From Eledone cirrhosa (Eukaryota): 64,000 nt of DNA. How positions within the stretch are numbered: position 1 is the first letter of the stretch; every line of letters begins with the position of its first letter. The notes under the pieces are model-generated. The model searched no databases. It saw only the letters and a program-made list of their open reading frames with translations, and was not told the origin of the DNA. This document shows, in pieces, positions 13,222-26,294 of the stretch. The DNA lies in the NCBI GenBank assembly GCA_964016885.1, contig OZ024740.1, forward strand, positions 418,190,001 through 418,254,000, in the 5' to 3' direction. A program made the position numbers and the translations under genes.

Positions 13222-13513
13222 TTTCTTGGCGGGATTTGAACTCAGAAGGTAAAGGGCCATAACTCTATGTTGAAAAGCATGTTGTCCGACGCTCTACCGG
13301 TACTACCAATCTACTATGTAATTATAATAATAGTTTCTGACTTAGGCACAAGGCCAGCATTTTGGGGGAAGGAGAAAGTCGATTAAACCGACCCCAGTGC
13401 ATGACTGGTACTTTATTTTATCGACCCCGTAAGGATGAAAGGCAAAGTCAACCTCGGCGGGATTTGAACTCAGTCCGTAAAGGGACGTAACTATGCTAGA
13501 AAGCATGGCGTCC
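13222..13513 (-). mobile_element. two adjacent SINE copies (major family)
   Basis: GGCGGGATTTGAACTCAG at 13228 and 13456. The second copy is nearly complete. Confidence 0.9.
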
Positions 13514-13627
13514 GTACAGATAGGTATGGAAACTAAAGTCAAAACGAATTAGATCGATAGTTCAATTAAAAAAGTAGATTCTCTCACACACAAACACAAT
13601 TAACCACAGCATTGAAGAATTACTTTA

Positions 13628-13990
13628 TACGAGAGTCGGCTTAAAAGTTCATAAGCTGATTATGAAGGAGTGATGCTAGAGCTGTGAAATCTTGCATGCA
13701 TTAATTTCAACTCTTCTTATTAACAACGGCATTGTTTCTTTTCAGGGACTATGTTGAAAATAAACCTGATTTGATCATTCCATGAGAGTATCTTGGTCAG
13801 AAACAATGTAGTTATTGATAAGAAGAGTCGAAATTAATGTATGCAAGATTTCACAGCTCTAGCATCACTCATTCATAGGCTGACCAAGATACTCTCATGG
13901 AATGACCAAATGAGATTTATTTTTTTAATATTCCTTGGAAAGAAACAATGTAGTTATTAATAAGAAGATGCATGCAAGATTTCACAGATC
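13628..13990. mobile_element. mariner-like MITE with nested inverted segments
   Basis: Starts TA-CGAGAGTCGGCTTAAAAGTT (resembles mariner ends). 13665-13726 is inverted at 13812-13872 and partly repeated at 13940-13990. Confidence 0.55.
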
Positions 13991-14000
13991 TACCAATTCA

Positions 14001-14262
14001 TATTGTGTGTCTGATGGTAGCTATGATGCTTCCATAGGCGGTATGCGGGTTGAGCACTCTATGTTCTTACAGAGCAGAGTGTGATATAATATAAAACGAA
14101 AAATCAGTGATGCATCTGAACTCAATTTAGAGTGTGTTACAATTGTCAGAATCAGACAGATCCACACAATGATCGTGTCTCGAGCTGTCTGCCGGCGAAA
14201 CAATTGTAACACACAATAAATTGAGATCAGATGCATCACTGATTTTTCGTTTTATATTATAT
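14001..14262. mobile_element. short PLE-like 3' end (family 2), rearranged, with a split hammerhead
   Basis: TATTGTGTGT CTGATGG ... GAAAC AATT GTA ACACACAATA. Inverted arms 14088-14146 and 14200-14260. Bulged-hairpin motif on the minus strand at 14054-14080. Homolog at 52645-52822. Confidence 0.7.
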
Positions 14263-14871
14263 ATATATATATATATATTATTCAAAATGCTAATAAATGA
14301 AAAATATTCTCATAATCAAAATATATATTTTATACATATTTCAAAGGTACAATGGTGGGTTTGCCAAACTCAATTTAAAAGAATAAATCAAGAAAATAAA
14401 TTCCAACCAATATGGGGTAACTATCAGACTCCCAAACTGCTTTTGGTGAAACTGTTTCGCAATTTAAGTGAAGAGAATTACCAATTCTTTGCTCATCAGT
14501 GGGTGTAAAATCAGTAAACTCTTCACTTCCAAGTATCTCAGAAGACTGAATAGTGTGCGTATATAAAATAACGCACATGGCATCAGAATCTAGCGTGTCT
14601 CATAAACGTATACTACTAAAAATAGCAGCCAAGTTTACTCGACATTTAAATTAGCTCAACAAATTGAAGGAGTCGAATATATCAAAGGTATATATTGAGT
14701 TAGAAACTCAAAATAGTCTCTTACAATTAAATAACTCAAGGAAATAGATTTTTCCGAGCCGTATATAAATCTTGCATGCATTTTCTTTTCATCCTAGTGA
14801 AATGGTCCCTTACGATTTGAACACATATATGTATATATCTGTGTTTATCTCTCTTTTATATTCAATTATAG

Positions 14872-14904
<33 letters not shown>

Positions 14905-15054
14905 CCACTGTACTTGCTATTAACTAAAATGTGTGCACTCTGAACTAGGGGTTACAGTATTATTACTGCAATCTCGCAAATTTATTGAGTAGGTAAGGCG
15001 TTGGCCGGAGACCGTTCAGTTGCTATCAACGACTTTCGTAAACCTTGTATATAC

Positions 15055-15121
<67 letters not shown>

Positions 15122-15616
15122 TGAATAGGTAGACGGAAAGATAAATAGAAAGAACGAGAGAAAGAAGACCAGAGATGATTATGTTTAGATATGTGCGCCT
15201 GCATACATAGAAAGTTAATGTTTGCATTAGGCATGCAATTCCAAATATATTAATGAAAATATATGGTGAATGTGTGTGTTGAGTGGGATACATCAGTTTC
15301 AATTAAATAGGGTTTATATACAACATTTTGTGTTGGTACTTTGCACGCATGCATATGCACATGCACGCGCGTGCGTGCGTGCGTGTGTGTGTAAAGACTT
15401 ATGTCCGATGCACCGAACCCTCCTCTACATCCTCCTAAGCCTAATACTAATAAGACTTTGTTATTGCATCTGTTTTTCTGCTGTCATTTCTTTAATTATG
15501 TTATAGTCGTAAAGCTCCTTGAAAAGGTGCCATGAGGCACGAAACTCCAGGCCCTTGAGGAACTGTTCTACCTTCAATTCCAGTACACACACCTCTCTCT
15601 CTCACATCTATATATA

Positions 15617-15716
15617 ATTGTTTCTACTTTTGGCACAAGGCCAGCAAATACCCACTACATTACTGGTACATTATTTTATTGACCCCGTAAGGATGAAGGC
15701 AAAGTTAACCTCGGCA
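15617..15716 (-). mobile_element. SINE fragment (major family)
   Basis: Diagnostic core sequence. Confidence 0.85.
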
Positions 15717-15927
15717 TAAGAAGCAAAGAAAATTTCAATGATACGAAAGTTTTCCTGGTGGAAGTTCAGGTGTACTCCGGGTTGGTATCCAGTTTCGGGG
15801 TCAAAATCCAATTAGAAAATCCAATGAACTTTGAGAGGTCCACGTAAGCGTTGATATATATACATATATACATATATATATATACATATATCCATATATA
15901 TATATATGTGTGTGTATATATATAAAT

Positions 15928-16566
15928 ATCTGGTAGAGAATGTTGAGAAGCCAGAGGGGATCACTAATGTAGGCGGGAAGCCGCTGGAATTGGTTGAGGA
16001 CTTCCTGTATTTGGGAGCAAAGATTAGGAATACGGAAGATGATGTGGTTGAGAGGAAGAACAAGGCCTGGGCGGCGTGTCACAGCTTGAGATCGGTGTGG
16101 AAGTCGGACCTTCGTAGAGACCTGAAAATCCGCCTCTTCATTGCTGTAGTGGAGTCTGTGCTGCTGTATGGGTCTGGGACTTGGACACTGACCAAGAGAC
16201 TCACTCAGATGGTGGATGGGTGCTACACGAGAATGCTGAGGATGGCTCTGAACATTAATCAGTATACACTGAGGATGAAAAACTCAGAGCTGTATGGGAG
16301 CATCCCAAAAGTCAGCTCAAAAGTGACACAGAGGAGACTGAGGTTGGCTGGACATGCTCACCGACATCCAGAGTTGACATTGCACTCAGTGCTCCTTTGG
16401 TAGCCCCTACATGGACACACTAGAAGAGGAAGACCAAGGTTAACATATGTTGATGCCCTAAGGACAGACACTGGTCTGTTGGAGATGCAGGACATGGCAG
16501 CGATAATGAGGGACAGAGACCGCTGGAGAGAACTCGTCCATGGATCTCGGGAATTTTACCCGCCTT

Positions 16567-16568
<2 letters not shown>
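15928..16568 (+). mobile_element. 5'-truncated RTE-clade LINE inserted in (TA)n
   Basis: LELVEDFLYLG...LKIRLFIAVVESVLLYGSGTWTL...RRLRLAGH...GRP. Internal TAG at 16401. Confidence 0.85.
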
Positions 16569-16597
<29 letters not shown>

Positions 16598-16636
16598 ACC
16601 CGCCCGTCCCATCCATCTATCTTATTTCTCATTCTT

Positions 16637-16672
16637 TCTTCTGATGAAGGACTAGCGTTCGAAACGTTAAGA
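16637..16672 (+). ncRNA. minimal type I hammerhead ribozyme
   Basis: TCTT CTGATGA A GGAC TAGC GTTC GAAAC GTT AAGA: stem I TCTT/AAGA, stem II GGAC/GTTC, palindromic stem III ACGT, GUU cleavage triplet. Confidence 0.75.
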
Positions 16673-16835
16673 CCCTCTTCCTGCTATATCAAGAGTTAAC
16701 CTAATATATCCCTTTCATATACTGTACTGATTGTGTTGTTATTTCTGTTTACCTTTTACATATATATATATATATTCCGTGTTTTCCTCTTCTCATTCTC
16801 TATTTTCTCTTTCTGTTTATTTCTCTATATTCTCT

Positions 16836-16872
16836 ATATTCTGATGAAGGACTAACGCCCGAAACATTACAA
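16836..16872 (+). ncRNA. degenerate second hammerhead copy, 200 nt downstream
   Basis: CTGATGA AGGACTAACGCCC GAAAC ATT. Stems are decayed. Confidence 0.5.
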
Positions 16873-16958
16873 CACTTTTCCTACTATATGAAGCGTTAAA
16901 CTAATATATATATATATTTTTTGTACTGTATTGTTTCCTGTGTTGTTTTCCGTTTGTT

Positions 16959-17027
<69 letters not shown>

Positions 17028-17137
17028 GTATCTGTTATAGACATGTCTATTATATCTCTCCGAGCCTGCCAATGCGATAGTGACATCCCTCAACACAACA
17101 CTTCCCCTTTCATCCATCTATTATTATCTAATGGTCA

Positions 17138-17322
17138 TGTGGATTGGCAGTATCGGTAAAGGGTCGGACGTCATGCTTTCTAGCATAGAGTTACGGCCCT
17201 TTCCAATCTGAGTTCAAATCCCGCCGAGGTTAACTTTGCCTTTCATCCTTACGGGGTCGATAAAATAAAGTACCAGTAATGCACTGGGTAATTTGCTGGC
17301 CTTGTGCCTAAAGTAGAAACAA
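17138..17322 (+). mobile_element. near full-length SINE (major family)
   Basis: TGGCAGTATCGGT A-box-like, GAGTTCAAATCC B box, core, and GTAGAAACAATTATT tail. Confidence 0.92.
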
Positions 17323-17363
17323 TTATTATTATTGTTACAGTTATTATCAGTCTTCTCCTTAAT

Positions 17364-19685
17364 CAACACCATCACCACCACCATCATCAATATCAACACC
17401 ATCACCACTACCACCATCACCACCACCATCATCAATATCAACACCATCACCACTACCACCATCACCACTACCATCATCACCACCACCATCATCACCACCA
17501 CCATCATCAATATCACCACCATCACCACTACCACCATCACCACTACCACCATCACCACTACCACCATCACCACTACCATCATCACCACTACCATCATCAC
17601 CACCACCATCATCAATATCACCACCATCACCACTACCACCATCACCACTACCATCATCAACATCACCACCATCACCACTACCACCATCACCACTACCATC
17701 ATCACCACTACCATCATCAATATCACCACCATCACCACTACCACCATCACCACTACCATCATCAACATCACCACCATCACCACTACCACCATCACCACTA
17801 CCACCATCACCACTACCACCATCACCACTACCATCATCACCACTACCAACATCAATATCACCACCATCACCACTACCACCATCACCACTACCATCATCAC
17901 CATCACCACCATCAACATCACCACCATCACCACTACCACCATCACCACTACCATCATCACCACTACCATCATCACCACTACTATCACCATCACCACTACC
18001 ACCATCATCAATATCACCACCATCACCACTACCACCATCACCACTACCACCATCACCACTACCATCAACACCACTACCACCATCACCACTACCACCATCA
18101 CCACCATCACCACTACCACCATCACCACCATCACCACCACCACCATCACCACTACCACCATCACCACCATCACCACTACCACCACCACCACTACCACCAT
18201 CACCACTACCACCATCACCACTACCACCAACACCACTACCACCATCACCACTACCACCATCACCACTACCACCATCACCACCATCACCACTACCACCATC
18301 ACCACCATCACCACTACCACCATCACCACTACCACCATCACCATCACCACTACCACCATCACCACCATCACCACTACCACCATCACCACTACCATCATCA
18401 ACATCACCACCATCACCACTACCACCATCACCACTACCACCATCACCACTACCACCATCACTACTACCACCATCACCACTACCACCATCACCACTACCAC
18501 CATCACCACTACCACCATCACCACTACCACCATCACCACTACCACCATCACCACTACCATCATCACCACTACCATCATCACCACCATCACCACTACCACC
18601 ATCACCACTACCACCATCACCACTACCACCATCACCACTACCATCATCAATATCAACACCATCACCACTACCACCATCACCACTACCATCATCACCACTA
18701 CCATCATCACCACTACCATCATCACCACTACCATCATCACCACTACCATCATCACCACTACCACTACCATCACCATCACCACCATCAACATCACCACCAT
18801 CACCACTACCACCATCACCACTACCACCATCACCACCATCAACATCACCATCACCACCATCACCACTACCACCATCACCACTACCATCATCACCACTACC
18901 ATCACCATCACCACCATCAACATCACCACCATCACCACTACCATCATCACCACTACCATCACCATCACCACCATCAACACTACCACCATCACCACTACCA
19001 TCATCACCACTACCATCACCATCACCACCATCAACATCACCACCATCACCACTACCACCATCACCACTACCATCATCACCTCTACCATCACCATCACCAC
19101 CATCACCACCATCACCACCATCACCAGCATCACCACCATCTTCACCACCATCATCACCACCACCATCACCATCATCACCACCACCATCATCACCACCACC
19201 ATCATCACCATCATCATCACCATCATCACCACCATCATCACCACCACCATCATCACCACCACCATCACCATCACCATCATCACCATCATCATCACCACCA
19301 CCATCATCACCACCACCATCACCATCACCATCATCACCATCATCACCATCATCATCACCACCACCATCATCACCACCACCATCATCACCATCATCACCAC
19401 CATCATCACCACCACCATCACCATCATCACCACCACCATCATCACCATCACCATCATCACCATCACCACCACCATCATCACCACCACCATCATCACCACC
19501 ACCATCACCATCACCATCATCACCATCATCACCACCATCATCACCACCACCATCATCACCACCACCATCACCACCACCATCACCACCATCATCACCACCA
19601 CCACCATCACCAACATTACTACCAACAACACAATCACCACCACCATCCTCAATATCACCAATATCACTACAATCATCATCACCTC
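17364..19685. repeat. compound (ACC/ATC/ACT)n trinucleotide array
   Basis: Read directly. The 15-mer ACCATCACCACTACC dominates the 5' part, and the ACT triplet is lost after about 19090. Confidence 0.97.
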
Positions 19686-19721
19686 CATCAGAAGTGGTAG
19701 TAATGGTGATGGTGGTGGTAC

Positions 19722-19833
19722 TAGTAGTAGCAGTATTAGTAGTAGTAGTAACAGTAGTAGTAGCATTAGTAGTAGTAACAGTAGTAGTAGTAGTAACAGT
19801 AGTAGTAGCAGCAGCAGTAGTAGTAGTAGTAAC

Positions 19834-19876
<43 letters not shown>

Positions 19877-19920
19877 ACAGTAGCAGCAGTAGTAGTAGTA
19901 GTAGTAACAGTAGCAGCAGC

Positions 19921-19973
<53 letters not shown>

Positions 19974-19987
19974 CAGTAGTAGTAGTA
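19722..19987. repeat. (AGT)n microsatellite
   Basis: Read directly. Confidence 0.97.
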
Positions 19988-20097
19988 ATTTCGTTTCATT
20001 TTTTCCGTGTATCGTTTTCGGTGCACCCGGCCGATTAACCCACTCGATATGCAAATTGGGCTACTCAGCCGTTAATATGCATAAGGTAAGTATATAC

Positions 20098-20184
20098 GTT
20101 CAACAATCTGGCAGGAAGGTGTACGTTGCTGACGATAGCTAATAAGCTTGAAACTAGTACAGCGTTCCTTTGTCAGTGTTGAAC
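20098..20184 (+). ncRNA. type I hammerhead ribozyme (family 6) with extended stem I
   Basis: ACGTTG CTGACGA T AGCT AATA AGCT T GAAAC TA GTA CAGCGT. Outer pairing GTTCAACA..CTGGCA..AAGG / CCTT.TGTCAG.TGTTGAAC. Confidence 0.8.
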
Positions 20185-20803
20185 AAACGAGCAACGATCG
20201 ATATACAAACCTTAACTTTACATTTTTTTCTCTTCGTTAATTTTCAAATTTCCATAATACTTGTAGATTCTCACTCTTGCCTAACATAGAATCAATAATT
20301 ACATAATACAACACATTCAAAATTTATATCACCTTATAAAAATCCTTCGTAAACATATACATTTTTTTTGACGTTAGAATATTCATCCGCAATTCATTAT
20401 TCTCTTCTCTCTATCATCAAACTCATTATTCTCAATACATATTAACTCCCTCTCCTTCTTCGCACATATTTTTCCCTTCGTTAATTTTCAAATTCTTTTA
20501 ATTTATACATTATCTTCCAACGGTTTTCAACCTCTCTATGTAAAACAATATATCTTTCTCAGTTACAAAAACTATCTCTCTCTCTCTATCACCCATCTCT
20601 CCTCCTATCTCATCCTTCCACATTATATTCCTCCCTCTCCACCTTCACTCTCATCTCCTCCTCTTTTTTTCATCCTTTCCACCCACCCCCTCTAAATAAA
20701 ATATTTTTCCCCATATCACACATCAATCTAAAACTACTTCTCATATGTTGATTTAAAACTGCACTATCCACAAGTGTTTTTTAGCCTTCATATCATGTCC
20801 TCC

Positions 20804-20874
20804 TGTTTTATCTGATGAAAACACAAATATTATTGCATGATGATGTTTGTTTTTGAAATGCGCATAATAAAATA
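20804..20874 (+). ncRNA. type I hammerhead ribozyme
   Basis: TGTTTTAT CTGATGA AAACA...TGTTT(TT) GAAA TGCGCA TA ATAAAATA. Stem III palindrome ATGCGCAT. Bulged-hairpin motif follows at 20919-20947. Confidence 0.75.
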
Positions 20875-20999
20875 CATGGAACTCCTTTAACCATCTTTTG
20901 TTCTTATATATTATGTATACTCCAGTCCTACAAACTGTAGAGTGCTTCTTATCCGATATCTGCATTGCTTTATTGTACTACAATAAAACTCACCTCCTA

Positions 21000-21453
<454 letters not shown>

Positions 21454-21458
<5 letters not shown>

Positions 21459-21673
21459 AGGCGTGTGGCTGAGTGGTTAGAGAATTGGATTCGCAATCGT
21501 AAGGTTGTGAGTTCGATTCCTGGACCAGGCGATGCGTTTTGTCCTTGAGCAAGACACTTTATTTCACGTTGCTCCTTCTACCTGGAGTTGCGACCGATAG
21601 ATAGTATTAGCAATTGGAAAGACCAACTCAAACATTGTTCCCTCGGTCCGATTTGACGAAAGTCGATCGTTCC
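21454..21673 (+). mobile_element. second tRNA-derived SINE family with a CORE-like domain
   Basis: A box TGGCTGAGTGG, B box GAGTTCGATTCC, then GTCCTTGAGCAAGACACTT (CORE-like). Confidence 0.8.
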
Positions 21674-21674
21674 T

Positions 21675-21713
<39 letters not shown>

Positions 21714-21724
21714 AATATATATAT

Positions 21725-21965
21725 ATGCAAAAGTTTTATTTAAATTGTTGGGATACAACAAGCAAATATTTTTATAACTGATATAAAGCACTCGACAAAT
21801 ATTTGGAGTAGATATACGATATTAATAAATGGAAACTATATTTATAAAACCATATTTATTTCATTATATATATTTCAAGGATACCAAGTTACATTATGGT
21901 ATGTCTTCATCAGACAAAATACAATATATAACAGTTTTATAAATAGACATTCACGTACCCCTTTT
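21725..21965 (-). mobile_element. short PLE-like 3' end (family 5) with hammerhead at about 21857-21920
   Basis: Minus strand TATTTTGT CTGATGA AGAC ATACCA..TGGTAT CCTT GAAA TATATA TA ATGAAATA, and motif ACTC CAAA ta TTTG TC GAGT GC. Copies at 50192-50435 and 31799-31950. Confidence 0.75.
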
Positions 21966-22702
21966 AAAAATTGACCGTTGATTTTGGAGGCCATCAGGAT
22001 AGTGATTTGTTTACTTTAGTAAGTCATAGTGTTAAGAGTAAGTAAAAAGATGGAGAGAGAGAGAGAAAAAAACGTGGAGAAAAGAAAGGGAGAGATAGAT
22101 AAAGAAAAAGAAGAAAACAAAAAGAAAAGAGAACAGAGGAAAAATAACGGGGTGATATCAAACCATCAGACAGAGAAAAAAAAATCCAGAGAGAGATATA
22201 TAGAGATAGAGAGAAGGGGGAGAGAACGAAAGCCTTAAGTTATGTCATATTAAGTTGAGTTAACAATTGGGATGAAAAACAAATAAAATTAAAAATATTA
22301 ATATTCATGAATGGAATATAGATATATAATATGAGATATTACACATTGTTTAATTATGATTATAGCAGATTACTACAATAGGGCCCTCATAAGTGCCGGC
22401 TTTAACCGAGGAATTTCCTACATCCCTAACGCTAGCTCTAGACCCCCCCCCCTCATAAAACAAACGTTATAGTAAGCCATACCTATAACCGATCACGCGG
22501 CGACCTCGTTGAAGTCGGATATAATAGAATAGATAACCGCACCAAAGATCACGACCCCGGCGACGGTGAACACTGTAGATTACTCGAACTATTCCCCTAT
22601 TACAAAACCAAGAAAGGCGACGGCCTACTACCAACGCCTTCCAACCAACATGTTCGTGTACATAAACATGGAAGAGTTAGGAAGAGTGCACCCGAGCATA
22701 AA

Positions 22703-23677
22703 GTGAAAGGGGCACCGAACGGGCAACTGCGCATTAATACACATAAGAGCGGTCACCTAGATGGAACCACCCGTAGCAAAAGTACAAGGACACGTAATCG
22801 CCACCGTAACGTCCTATGGTTCCACACACCCTACTCTCGAAGTGTGGCCTCCAACATACCCCGGATGTTCTTCGAAGCCTTAGAGAAGAACTTCCCGCCC
22901 AACCATAGGTATAGAAAAATTCTTAATAGGAACAATATAAAAATATCCTTCTCTACTACTCCTAACCTAGCAGACATCATAGGAACAACGAACCACAGTA
23001 AGATCACCACGACACAGCACCTCGACACAGACGCACCTACACCTGACAATAACTATATCGGCCTTAACAACTCCCTGGCAGCATCCAATAGTGTTGGCAA
23101 CGGCATCCGCAGACGCAACCAGCATAACTGCGAAATGACTGGGGAACACGCAGGACATGACGTGCGGAATAGCAATCGCACCACCCCGCGTGCTGTGGGT
23201 TGTAATGGTGCTAACGACAGCTGCGGTAGCGTAGGTAGCAACGTAGGCAGCAACAATGATAGCCTTACCGTGGGAAATAGACGGAACCGCGACAGAAATT
23301 GCAACTGCCGCGACAGAGGACGCTGCCCCCTTAGAGGATACTACTTGACTGATAGGGTTATATATAGATGCACTATTACTAGCCACAATAGCGTTAAACA
23401 TTATATAGGGGCTACCTCCGGCCCGTTCAAAATTAGGTTTCGAACACATCTCCACTCTTTCACAAATAGAAAACTAAGGCACTCCACTTCGCTCGCGGAC
23501 TACATCACATCACTAAAGGACTTAAACATCAGCTTCTCCACGCACTGGGAGATTGTCGGCAGGGCTGCACCGTACAACTTCAAGAGGAAATGCGATCTTT
23601 GCCTCATGGAGCTCTACCACATCATAACTGCACCCCACAAGCTCATCAACAGCAGAGCTGAAACAGCGATAGGTTGA
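22703..23677 (+). CDS. PLE GIY-YIG endonuclease region (partial; TGA may be read through to 23728)
   Basis: WFHTPYS, KILNRNNIKISFS, CxCx5C (CNCRDRGRC), VIY...YIG, FKIRFRTH, CDLC, LINSRAE motifs. Confidence 0.85.
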   Translation: MKGAPNGQLRINTHKSGHLDGTTRSKSTRTRNRHRNVLWFHTPYSRSVASNIPRMFFEALEKNFPPNHRYRKILNRNNIKISFSTTPNLADIIGTTNHSKITTTQHLDTDAPTPDNNYIGLNNSLAASNSVGNGIRRRNQHNCEMTGEHAGHDVRNSNRTTPRAVGCNGANDSCGSVGSNVGSNNDSLTVGNRRNRDRNCNCRDRGRCPLRGYYLTDRVIYRCTITSHNSVKHYIGATSGPFKIRFRTHLHSFTNRKLRHSTSLADYITSLKDLNISFSTHWEIVGRAAPYNFKRKCDLCLMELYHIITAPHKLINSRAETAIG

Positions 23678-23899
23678 ACACATCGCTTAAAAATATCCTT
23701 CTTCAGATGGGTTAAGGATGAGGAGTGAAACCGTACACCGGATCTCCCTGCAACAAGTCTTAACACCCCGGCGGGCAGGCGCTGCAAAATAACACCCAGG
23801 AAACTATCCTTGCATACCAGACCCGGACTCAGACAAACAGATGCGGCAAAAAAAAACAAAAAAAAAATTGTCCGGGAAAGACTGCCCTAACACCGGCCA

Positions 23900-23965
23900 G
23901 AGTTACCTCCCTTGATCTGCTGCAAAATCAAAACAAGATATTTTTGCGAGCAATGAACCTTCATG
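23900..23965 (+). promoter_or_regulatory. candidate SECIS element
   Basis: TGAT-CTGCTGCAAAATC-AAAACAA-GATATTTTTGCGAGCAA-TGAA: GA/GA quartet geometry, ~12-13 bp helix and an AAA loop. The base before UGA is T rather than a purine, and the lower helix is weak. Confidence 0.4.
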
Positions 23966-24023
23966 TGGATTGAACCCCAAAAACTCTTTCCGAGGAATAT
24001 AAGGAACACTTGTGATTATTTAT

Positions 24024-24063
24024 GCCCTTGAGAAGCCCAACTGGGCGAAATGTACGTAGGTGC
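24024..24063 (+). ncRNA. type I hammerhead ribozyme, U3-A8 core variant
   Basis: GCCC TTGAGAA GCCC AACT GGGC GAAA TGTAC GTA GG(T)GC. C3-G8 is replaced by U3-A8, the triplet is GUA, and stem III is quasi-palindromic. Confidence 0.75.
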
Positions 24064-24279
24064 TGTTTTAAATAAACATGTTTTAACGGTCTATTCTCCG
24101 ATTTTTTACTTTCCCACGTGCTTACGCTCTGCTAACTCTCTAGCCCACTAAATATTAACACTTCGAATATTTAATACTGCCGGCACTAGTATCGAGCACC
24201 TTTGGCATACGCTACTTCGCAAATAACTATATGTATCACCTATCCTCCCCTTTTTTTCTCTTTCTCGATACGTAAATAC

Positions 24280-26250
<1,971 letters not shown>

Positions 26251-26294
26251 GTATGATTTTATAAACCCATATACATTTAGTTGAGCTCTTTCAA

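Noticed and set aside
17214-20142. poly-His, poly-Thr and poly-Val ORFs (mucin- or His-rich-like)
   Set aside because: Pure trinucleotide microsatellite, with starts inside a SINE or repeat flank.
21454-21535. functional tRNA gene
   Set aside because: A and B boxes are present but the acceptor stem is poor and a SINE core follows.
22230-22370. minus-strand GIY-YIG tail (YNHN*TMCNI) upstream of family 5
   Set aside because: Similarity is too short and degenerate to support without a search.
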